A stretch of 64,000 nt of DNA from Squalus acanthias (taxonomy: Eukaryota). Below are positions 53,570 through 64,000 of this stretch, piece after piece. The first letter of the stretch is position 1. Each line of letters starts with the position of its first letter. The notes under the pieces were generated by a model. That model worked only from the letters and a program-made list of their open reading frames with translations. It did no database searches and was not told the DNA's origin. Location: contig CM059429.1 in NCBI GenBank assembly GCA_030390025.1, positions 20,460,001 through 20,524,000 of the forward strand. The letters are read 5' to 3'. Position numbers and translations under genes: made by a program.

Positions 53570-54432
53570 TTTTTAATTTATCAGGATATGGGCAATGCTG
53601 GCAAGGTTTCATTTATTGCTCATTCCTGGTTGTCCTGAGAAGGTGATGATGCTCCCACAATGGTGTTAGGTAGGCTATTCCAGGATTTTGACCCAGAGAC
53701 GATAAAGGAATCACAATATATGTACAAATCAGCATAGTATGCGACTTGGAGGGGATCTTGGAGGTGTTGATGTTCCCATGACATTGCTACTTTTGTCTAT
53801 CTCAGTAGTAGAGGTTGCAAGGCTGGGAGGTGCTGTTGAAGTAATCTTAGCGAGTTGTTGCTGCACATCCTGGAGAAAAATATATACTGCTACCACAGTG
53901 CACCAGTGGTGGAGGGAGTGGATATTGAGTCTACTCTCAGGGGCACTGATCAAGCAAACTGCTCCTGCTTGGATGGTGTTGATATTCTTGAATGTGTTGC
54001 AGCTGCACCCATCCTGGCAAGCAATGTGTATTCTATCACACTCTCACCTTGAGGTTTGGAGATGGTGCAGAGGCGTTAAGGATCAGTGCTTCGTTATTTG
54101 AGGCATTATGAATAAAGCTGAACACTGGAATTGTCAGTGAACAGCCCCACTCCTGACCTTATGATGGGGGTGGGGGCGAGATCAGTGATGAACCAGCTTA
54201 AGATGGTTGGGCTAAGGACCCCACCCTGAGGAACTCCTGCAATGATGACTTGGGGCTGCAATGATCGACTTCCAAGAACCACCACAGTCTTTCTGTGTAT
54301 CCGGTGTGATTCCAGCCACTGGAGGAGATTCCCTTGCCTCCCACTGACCTCAGTTTTGCTTGGGCTCCTTGGTGCCGTACTCGATTGAAGGATGCTTTGA
54401 TGTCCAGGGCAGTTATTCTTGCCTCTCCTCTA
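53570..54432 (-). mobile_element. Degenerate, internally deleted copy of the same LINE family
   Basis: ALDIKASFNRVRHQG (RT domain) and the same 3' tail on the minus strand. Confidence 0.75.
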
Positions 54433-55381
54433 TGTAATGAATGCATGTCAATCTGTGTAATATTTTGGGGGGAATATGATTTTAGTTGTTTTTGTTAACA
54501 GTGAATGGCAGGATTCAGTGGCAGTAGATAAACTGTGATATATCGGGTTTTATTTCATTTCATGTTACAGAGAAATAAAAACTATATTATGTCAAAATTC
54601 TCAGATTTGCATGCAGTTCATGTCTACAAACCTTACTTCTGGTTGTCACTCTTTTGGTCACACTTTTGTGTCAACATTTACCATTGTAAATTCAAAAGTC
54701 CACATTCCCAGTCAATTTTCTTGGGTCAACTGGCTTCAGCTACTGCATAATTACATACTTTGGCCACTAGGTGGCACTGTATTATCTTTTTAACCACAAA
54801 TCACTCAAAATGTTTGCTGGTTTGTTTTTTCTTTCTCAGTAATTGAAAATTCTAATGTCCAAAATACAGTTTTAAACAAAAGTTCAAACATTTACATATT
54901 TCACACTAACATGATTAAATTAATTTTTATGCCTTCATTTACTTGAAGATCCTAGTCTTCCCAAAAAGCATGGGCTTGGAATTGATATTGGAATTGTGAC
55001 TCAGGTAGCTAAATTCGGGTTAGTCAGTTGGGGCATGTACACTGTACCCAATTTCCCAGAAAGCATCAGTACTATTTAGTCAACTGACCTGCTGGAAGTT
55101 TTTCTTTAGCTTTTAGCACATTCTGCTCAGTTGTTTGTCATAAATATTGGAAGAAAAGCTATTGGGAAAAAAATTCAAAAACCCAACCAGAAACAGTGAT
55201 GGAAACAGAATTGCTAATAGCTTTTGAAAGGGAAGTGGATAAATATTTGAAATATATATTTTTTAAAGGGTGTGGGGAAAGAGCAGGGGAATGGCTCTCA
55301 GTGGCTATCTTCTTTCAGCGAGCTGGCACAGATGTAATGAGCTATCTGCCCTCCCTCTGTGCTGTAAAGTTTCACAATCAG

Positions 55382-56690
55382 AGGCCCGGATTTTGCATGG
55401 AGAATAATGGGGAGGCTATCAGCGCTCATCGTTAATATGGAGAATATCGGACAGCAACTTCCAGCGTCCGCACATGCACACTTAAAACGCAGAAATTCAG
55501 AAGTTGCTGTCAGAGATACCCCGCTCCTCCACAGTGCGAGCTATAACAGTTCTCGCCGATAGACTCGGCATTGAAAGAAAGAAGTTGAGGTACTTCCCCG
55601 CTAGTTCTCCACTAAAGACACCATAAAAAGTTAGGGCTGGTGCATTCAGGAGTAAGTGAATTTTTAATGGTGTGATAATTGATAATTACTGCGAAACAAC
55701 CTCTCTGTCCCTGAAAATTTAATTTTACAAGTGTGGAATCTCATTCCTTCAGAACTTAATTAGTGTTGGAGATTTAAAAAAATATATTTTTTACTTTTTT
55801 TGTCTTTCTTTTATCGCACTGTCTTAATGCTTTCTGTCTTTCCCTTTCTTTATTCCGCTTTCTGTACATAATTTAAATCTAATTTATACTTCCAACTTTA
55901 TACTGCCTGGTTTAGACTCTGCGACTGGAATTTTTACTTTTGGACCCGTCGGGAGTGGGGAGGCCTGGTAGAGCGCGGGAAACCCAGAAGGCCTGATTGA
56001 CAGGCTGGCTTCCAGTCGGGCGGTGAACATTGGATAAGAGGCTGCAACCCCACGGGGGGTCCGATCCTTGATCCTGAGGGGTCCGATCCTGGCGGGGGAG
56101 GTCCGATCCCCAACCTGGGGGAGGGGGTTGCATGGAGGTGGGCTGATGCTGGGGGATGGGAGGAAGCACTCCCACTCCTCCTGGCCCACAAGGATTGTTC
56201 CCTGAGGCTGTCCTGTCCTTGCAGCTGCCAAGAATCCAGAGTCCCTTAAACCCCGGCTGGCTACAGTTAAATCTGCGAAGTAGGTTAAATCCGAGGCTTC
56301 CTGTCTATTATCATATTTAAAGTGCCAGCCTGCCTCCTGGGAGTGGGTTGGCTGCCCGTCCCCCGTCCTGCCTCCTTTAAAACGGAAATGGGCAGGTTGG
56401 AGACGGGTTGGTTTCGGGATTCAGATTTTAACACTTTTAACCTCCCACCCGACCCCAACCCACCTGTTTTTTGAGGTTAAAATTCCCCCCCCTGCATGCC
56501 TCAGTGAGGATCTGATTGATTGAAGAGCCTCGCTGTTCCACAGATTCCCCTGTAGAGTGCATCGTGCTGGATCAGACACCAGATTAGAGCAAGTCTCCCC
56601 TCTAAAGCCCGCGAAAACTTTGTGGGCAGCTGTCAGCGAGGTGAATGGCAAGTGCCGTTCCTTCACCGCTGACCGTAAAACCTGCTAAAC
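55382..56690. mobile_element. Degenerate Harbinger-like element with a second GC-rich element nested at about 55925-56492
   Basis: Starts GGCCCGGATTTTGC; the inner element ends GTTAAAATTCCCCC; boundaries approximate, no clear TSD. Confidence 0.45.
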
Positions 56691-57719
56691 AGCCCTGGCA
56701 ACACATCGATTTCCTGACCCACTTCCAGTGACCACTGGACACATGGGTTCAGCAGGCAGACCCTGCATCCAGTGTTCCTGCTGTGGAAATAGTGGGATAC
56801 ATGGCATGAAGTTACCATACACCTGCCCATACTTTGCCCTGATGGGACCCACCCCCAGAAAATGGAACAAATCCCTGTTTAGCTTTCTGCTCTCGATCCA
56901 CCCCTATCTGCATATTTGAAAAACGGACTGCGTCGACTTCAAGCAAATGCCTTTGCCACCTACTTAGAAGAGCAGGTTAAAATTGAAGATAGCGGGATCC
57001 AGGTGGGACATCAACAGTTAAGTTACTTGTTTCATTTGCCTACCCACCCCGTTTCCGCCAGCCAGGTAGGGTTAAAATCGATCCCAAAGTTATGTGACAG
57101 CTATTGATCTTCACGACTGATTCACTGTTTGCACAGATAGATGTTGAAGTCCTCTCTCATCAAAATTCAAAAATGGAAGATCACGGAGTGTGTGTCTGCA
57201 GTAAAGCAGCAAAGTTCAGAAACTAATTAAGTAAAAATTGCTTTGAAGGCAGCAACAGCTTATTGAAGTTTTAACATGTGGATCGGCTTAGGTGATTCAA
57301 TTCTCAACAATAATGAACCCATTATTCCAGTGTAGGCATTCATATGCAATGTATATAAATGTGTACTTGCCTTGGGGCAGAAAATCAACTATTGATGCAA
57401 CGGCTGATTTTCCTCTGAAAGGGTTCTTGCTGGTAGGAGATTGGGAAGAGGGTGAGAAATATATTTGCTTCTTTATTCTATCAGAATCAGAGGTGTAGTG
57501 CTATGGCACTTTGGCTCATTATAGCCATTTAACTCTCTCTCGTAAGACTAATCCCCAAATTCCCCAGCCTCCTGTGGCTACTCAATGTCTGCAGCTTATC
57601 CTGCCCTCAGTAGTGATAGGAGAATGCCGTGGATATCCCATGTATTCAGGGTGAATTATTAAACCTGGACAGCAACTCATCTGACGTGATTAAGGACGTA
57701 GGTTTCAGTTTATAGGAGA

Positions 57720-58420
57720 TTTGGTCTGTTTAAGGAAACTATCATCCAGTCTTGAACACAGAGAAAAAATGTGTTGAGGAAAGAAGCCCAGACTGTAACA
57801 AGGCCTTTGGGGCAATGCATTCCACATTCCGCAATCCTTTGTGTGAGGAGATATTTTTTCTCAATAAATTTTTAACCAGCTGAGTTTGAATTTGAAAACA
57901 ATGTCCCTTTGTCCTGCATTGTCTTACTGGAGGGAAGTCTTTGCCTGTCTACCACATCAATTCCATTCATTATTTTAAACAACTCAAACAGATCCCCTCT
58001 AAATCTCATCTCTAAGGAATATAACCCAAAGTTTCCTTGACTCAGCTGAACTTTCTGCAAGGCCGGTATATCCTCCTTAAGATGGATGCCCAAAACTGAA
58101 CACAATATTCCAACTAAGTTCTGGCCAGTGCTCTGTGGTAGCACTTCCATGCTTTTGTACTCTATACTTTTATGATGAAGGCCAGCATGCTATTAGCCTT
58201 TTTGACTGCAAGATAGTTCATTACCTGGATCCCTAAATTCATTTGTTCATTTAACCTTCCAACCCTGACCAAGTGCTTCTCCATTTACACTGCTTCCTGT
58301 CGCTGCAGCTCCCACTCACGTAATGTACCCATGTCCTTTTCAATTTTCTGCTCTCCTCCAAAAATCATTATACATCCCATCTTGGTATCCTCTGTAAAGT
58401 TTGATATAATATTCTCTATT
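57720..58420 (-). mobile_element. Old degenerate CR1 fragment
   Basis: GLYSLEMRFRGDLFELFKIMNGID remnant; boundaries approximate. Confidence 0.65.
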
Positions 58421-58816
58421 CCTTGATATGGGCCGCTACTTGATATGGATCGCTTTTTTTTTAACTTATAAAACTCCTGTGAAGTGCTTTGGGATGTTTT
58501 ACTACGTTAAAGGCGCTATATAAATACAAGTTGTTGTTGTTGTTACTGCCTGCCAATCCAAGAGTATTTCACCACTCTGGTGCCTAAGCTTCAAACTATT
58601 TCCTATCCATGCCTTGGGGTTGCCTCTAATTCTATGAACCTTTTAGCTAGCAATCCCTTGTGCAAAAAATTATCAAATGCGGGAAACCGCTAGTTTCAGT
58701 TAGATCCCCACCTACCCTTGACAGAATGAAGCCATGGAAATTTAAACCATCTGGCCTCATTAACCTGACCGACTTCCTGCCCGACAATATTTATCCCTCA
58801 ACCAACATTACTAAAG

Positions 58817-59066
58817 AACAACAACAACTTGTATTTATAAAGCAGCTTTAATGTAGTAAAGCGTCCCAAGGCGTTTCACAGGAGCGTTATCAAACAAAAT
58901 TTGACACCGAGCCACATAAGGAGATGTTAAGGCAGATGAGGTAGGTTTTAAGGAGCATCTTAAAGGAGTAAAGAGAGGCAGAGAGGTTTAGGGAGGGAAT
59001 TCCAGACCTTAGGGCCTTAGCAGCTGAAGGCACGGCTGCCAATGGTGGAGCAATTAAAATCGGGAA
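58817..59066 (-). mobile_element. L2 3' fragment nested in a SINE fragment (about 58785-59232)
   Basis: Reverse complement of the 53140-53420 region; SINE sequence resumes on both sides. Confidence 0.8.
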
Positions 59067-59665
59067 TTTTCTGGTCATTATCTCCTTGCTGTTTGTGGGA
59101 CCTTGCAGTGCACAAATTGGCTGCTTTGTTTCCTACATTACAACAGTGACTACACTTCAAAAAGTACTTTATTGGCTGTAAGGTGATTTCAGACAACAGG
59201 AAAGGCGTTATATAAATACAAGCTCTTTCTTCATTCGTTTGTAGACGAATTTTGCCACACCTACAAAACTGAGAAATTTGCTTTCATTGTACGCCACACA
59301 CCATCAGTAACCAATAGGAACAGCAAAAACTATACCCTTGTAAGAAATGCTGAGCACTGTAGTGAGTGCACCTTTGCAATGTTTTCTTGCCTGTAATGTA
59401 GTGAAGATATGCAAATTATTCTATCTAGGAAAATACTGGTTTAAATTAGCCCAGGAAAGCGATACTGATCAAGGCAACTGCCTTTTAATTCCACTAAGAC
59501 CAACCAACGTTGAAGTTATTATAAATGGAATTTGTCTCTATCGGACATAAAATGTTGAACATTTGATGTTCTTGTTGTTTCCACATAGAACACCAGGACC
59601 ATTCTTGCATCCATATTGTGGAACATCCTTTTCCAGCACTTGGTTAGGTGATATGCATCAGTTAA

Positions 59666-60044
59666 AGAAAGACTTGCATTTATACAGCACCTTTCACGAC
59701 CACCGGACGTCCCAAAGCGCTTTACAGCCAATTAAGTACTTTTTGAAGTGTAGTCACTGTTGTAATGTAGGAAACGTGGCAGCCAATTTGCGCACAGCAA
59801 GCTCCCACAAACAGCAATGTGATAATGACCAGATAATCTGTTTTATATGTTGACTGAGGGATAAATGTTGGCTAGGACACCAGGGATAACTCCCCTGCTC
59901 TTCTTTGGAATAGTGCTATAGATCTTTTACATCCACTTCAGAGAGCAGACAGGGCCTCGGTTGAACGTTTCATCCGAAAGACAGCACCTCCGACAGTGCA
60001 GAGCTCCCTCAGTCTGAAGTCTCTGGAGTGGGACTTGAACTCAC

Positions 60045-60087
<43 letters not shown>

Positions 60088-60095
60088 GCTGACAC
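59666..60095 (-). mobile_element. SacSINE1-like SINE with a short internal deletion
   Basis: Same consensus, missing the segment between CTCCCTCAGT and AAGTCTCTGG. Confidence 0.9.
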
Positions 60096-61009
60096 TGTTA
60101 GCGCAATAATTGTTAGGGCAAGAATTTGGAATGGTGATGAGTTTGAGGCTTGGGTTGGGCAGCTAAATCACCAGACTCATGGGTAAAAATCAGAGCTAAA
60201 ACTAATGCTATTGTCAATTACAGAAAGATTAAATCTATGTTCAAAGTTAATTTCTATCATTTTGTACAGAACATGACAGATGCCATTACTGATTAGAGAT
60301 TCAACTGGGTATTATATCAAGTTTCTTTCGTAAACTGGGAAATCAAAAAATACTCTCAAGAAGTTTCTGTTTCACTGGTAGTTGCCATATACACCATGAT
60401 GAAGCTAGGATTAAGCACTGTATGCATGAGCTTCTGGAGATAGTTCAGGTCAACACAAACCTAGTTATCTATCTTTATATCAGAGTGAAATGTGCTTCCA
60501 TCTGTAACTTTGCAACTTCTTAGTTGATGATTTGTGGAAGCTACAATTGTCTGGACAATGTGTGTGCCCAAGACCTTTGGGCCTCGGTCTTCATTCACGA
60601 GTGAGGAAATCAGTCTCAGATGCCAGAGTTCCGAGTGTCTCTTTCTGGGACAAGAAGCACATCCTATCTGCAGAGGGATAATAGCAGAATGTGACACTAC
60701 AAAGGTTTCCAGGTCTTGGGTGGTACCGTCAAACGTCACCTAGTCCCATCTCGCTAGGTCATTATTAGCTCTGCAAATATTGGAACAAATTGGATAAACC
60801 AACACCAGGAACTGAGCTTGGGAAGGGAAAGGCAATTCCAGTTCCAGGGATCTGGTGTGCGATCCAAAAAAAAACCTGTGCAGTCTCCCCCAAAACATTA
60901 GAATGTGCACACATGCCCAAGTATCTGTATATATAATTTTCAGAAGATCTAGAAAACAGAGCAATTAATAAAAAACAAAGTTGAATTTGTTATACAGTGA
61001 AAAAGGTCA

Positions 61010-63402
61010 GTTATATATTGGTATCTCTTTATTAGTTGGGTCATTTAAGTCTTGTGTTTGAAAATCACTCATTTTTGATATATATTGATATAAATACATA
61101 CATTTACGTTACGAAAGTCCCGTTTACTCAGCCTGATTTTCAACATGTGTTTCTATTAAATGCTCCATCATACAGATCAGACAATAGACTTTAAATTCCA
61201 TCACTGAAATGGAGCTGTAACTAAAGTTCTACTCTTCGACAAGCCCCTGTCAGAACAAACCAATCTTAAAATAAAGTCACATATTCAGATTTAACCTTAC
61301 GGCTACTCTCTTTTCAGAATAGGCAGTGATAAGTTTTACTGATTCAATTGCAGTGATTGCACTAAGGTAGATAAATATTTTAAAAAATGACATTTTCAAT
61401 TTAGTGTCATTAATAAGGTATGAGCTCACCAGGTTTTTTTTTTACAGTGTATCGAAGATAGGATATGCTACTTTTCAATGATCCGATCAGAATAAAGTAA
61501 TTGTGTCACTCTGACCCAATAGTGACCTCTAGCAGCTCCCATTTCCAGCTGTAATACATCATACAGGAAACAAAAAAATAGCCTTCATTGACTTAACTAA
61601 ACTATCTCTCCCTTGCACATACGTAACTATGTGGTAGGACAGACAAGGGGGTAGATTTTCAACTTGCCACCCAGGCAGAAAACTGATGTTGCACAATGCC
61701 GCCCATTATAGAAACCACCTAATGGTGATGAAAATCGCATGGTTTCTATAACAGGCAGCTGATCTGCAACAGCCGTTCTTTGCCTGATTGGCAAGTTGAA
61801 AATCTGCTTCCAAGTATTAAATTAACATTGATTCATTTCACTTGTACTAGATTGCAACCATAATGGTATTAATTATGTAAAATATTCAAGTACCCTGCTG
61901 TAAATGCATTTTGAACGTTCTCCAAACAACCCCTCCAAAAAAAGAAGTTTGAAATCATCCAAATCATTTAAAGCAATGTAGTGCAAAAAGAGGCTGCTTT
62001 TAAATCTGTAGAACGCTTATTTTAATTAAATTTCCAGTTCAGCTACACTCAGACAGCTCCCAATATAGAGAAACTTCTCATAATAGGAACCGCAAATAGT
62101 AATAAAGATATATCCTCTAGATGTGCATATAGTTCCTGCAGTTAATGAGATGGTAATGTACACTAAGTACATCACTACTGTGTAAGGAACTGCATAGAGT
62201 ACTCTTACTGCAGTCAACAGTAAACCTGATCCAAACACAATTCTAATCAAGGACAGAATTCGATTGGACCAAAGCACTTTCTAATCACTCATTGTTTTGA
62301 ATTCCTGTCACAAGAACAATAGAATATATGAATACAAAATCCCAGTCTGACTGAACACAAAATGTTCTGGGTTTTTATATGGGTTTTAAAGATCAGCACA
62401 TTATGTAGTTAAACCTTTACCAAATTTCATCAAGAAGCAGCTGCGAGTTTAAGAAAGGCAATCACTTTGGTGAAAAAATAGTCTTGAATCACTGCAAGAA
62501 TGAATATACGGCTGTGATATAAAGATTTGTCTGCAGAAATGCTGATTCAAGCATGCAATTTCTTACCAAATGAGTTATAGGTTTATTAGGATTAAAGTGT
62601 ATAGTTGCATATGAATTGCACATTATTCTGCTTGGTGGAGATCGTGATCAACATTATACAATTTCATGAACACTGTTCCAGCACTATTTGCACCCATGTG
62701 TTCAGGTGGCACCACTGCATCTTCTCAGTAACACAGTGTATCTGTATCCTGGCCATTTCCTTTTGTTTAAACTGTGACTATGTAGTTATTACACAAACAG
62801 AAATTATGGCAGAAGTTAAAAGCTGCAATTCAATCTCGGGGCCCTGCAGGCGTTCAGAAACCGCTCAAGGTACGATTAGACTGTGTGCAACCGAATGAGA
62901 ACCACAGGTTGAATGACAGCTCTGTGACCCCTTCCACGGAACTCATCGTACATATTTAAATATTTGCAATTTTGATGATAATAGAAGCAATTTACAAGCA
63001 GCAGCTATTTCCAAAAAGCAGGTCAATCATGAACATGCTCAGGTACAAGAACTTTGGACACATGTTTTACATTGTAAGCAAGACAGGAGATACACAAAAT
63101 TGTGTGGTGGATGATGCGTTATCAAAAGCAAACTGAAATAAATGCAAGTTTTAATTTAACAGCAACATGGAAAATTAAATACAGGAAAGTTTCAAATGCA
63201 TGGATAGTAATTAAATTAATGTTCAAGAATGAAACTAATTTCCAGTTAGTATTTTGTTTCTGAAATCGTTCCCAATGATATTGTATGCTCTGCTGAAAAC
63301 AGATTTAATAATATAATGACAGATAAATTCTGTAAATTGCAGGATGCTGAATTGGTTTGATATGGCAGACAGGATCAATGTGAACAAGGTGCTCAACTTT
63401 CT
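61010..63402 (-). other. PLS1: Probable PLS1 3' UTR; candidate poly(A) signals AATAAA at 62587-62582 and 61033-61028
   Basis: AT-rich, nearly repeat-free stretch after the stop codon. The distal AATAAA is followed on the minus strand by U-rich sequence. The 3' end is inferred. Confidence 0.5.
61648..61810. mobile_element. Foldback MITE, about 163 bp, downstream of the PLS1 stop codon
   Basis: GTAGATTTTCAACTTGCCA / TGGCAAGTTGAAAATCTGC and TTATAGAAACCA / TGGTTTCTATAA inverted pairs; CAAG on both flanks. Confidence 0.8.
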
Positions 63403-63535
63403 TCACACCTTTTTCAATCCCTTTCCCATTAAGCAAGCAAAGACAGTCATAACCATCTTTGGCTTCACTTCCACCAGGTCTTCAGGCAACGCATATACCC
63501 GAGTGCCGATCTTTCGTGCTACTGAAATGGCATAT
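63403..63535 (-). CDS. PLS1: Last coding exon of plastin/fimbrin, most likely plastin-1 ([43 protein letters not shown])
   Basis: Hand translation gives the plastin CH4 C-terminus; acceptor TCTCTTTCAG|A, stop TGA at 63405-63403. Paralogue choice rests on the AISVARK and MGKGL residues and the known PLS1-TRPC1 tandem order in mammals. Confidence 0.9.
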
Positions 63536-64000
63536 CTGAAAGAGACAAGCACGCCGCAAATGAGTATTCAGTTAAGGCTAGAAGTGCTACTTCTAAACAG
63601 TAGCTTTTGTTCCTCAGCCCTGCATTTCCGCTTCTAGTTTTTTTTTACCCCCTTTTTTGTGCAGTACATTTTGTTCACAATTATTTTTTGTTGATTTCTT
63701 GTGAGAAATTATAGTGGCGGGCTCCCCATCCATGATACTAACTCCTCGAACATTTTAAAGATTTCTTTCAACATTTTAGCAATAAAATCTTCTGTCACTG
63801 ACATTTCAGTTTGTATCTGATTTCTAGCAGCAGAACGTAATGAAAAAAAGCAATAACTCCTACTCTTCCTGAAGCAACAATAAAATAGAATTGGACCTCC
63901 TTCAAAACAATTCAAAATAGGATCTATATCTACCTGAACTTTTGCGCTTAATTGTCTTTGGGAGGTGGGGAAAGAGGGGGTGGCAATCATATTTCAAGCA

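Noticed and set aside
63344-63637. 97-aa plus-strand ORF
   Set aside because: Antisense shadow of the plastin last exon.

Overview
Vertebrate genomic DNA, most likely from a shark or other cartilaginous fish (inferred from SacSINE1-like and HE1-like SINEs, CR1/L2 LINE ends and Penelope termini). The minus strand carries coding exons 1-10 of TRPC1 (ATG at 51328, exon 10 ending at 607; all GT-AG introns with consistent phases; 1709 coding nt; the pore and C-terminal exons lie beyond position 1). It also carries the last coding exon and 3' UTR of plastin, most likely PLS1 (63535-63403), about 12 kb upstream of TRPC1. The introns are dense with transposons. These include a reconstructable fossil PIF/Harbinger transposase split by nested insertions, a Harbinger derivative with a Myb/SANT remnant, several Harbinger-type MITEs with 3-bp TSDs, hAT and Tc1/mariner MITEs, solo LTRs, a Penelope end with a minimal hammerhead ribozyme and a 25-bp minisatellite. 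I found no convincing novel protein-coding system. The most unusual signals are: (i) two independent cases of nearby inverted repeats sharing private sequence, one flanking TRPC1 exon 4; (ii) an upstream ORF in frame with TRPC1 and separated from it by a single TGA; (iii) perfect AGGTAAGT splice-donor octamers clustered inside the MITEs; (iv) two solo LTRs 27 bp apart inside one MITE. Family assignments and comparisons with human proteins are from memory, not database searches.
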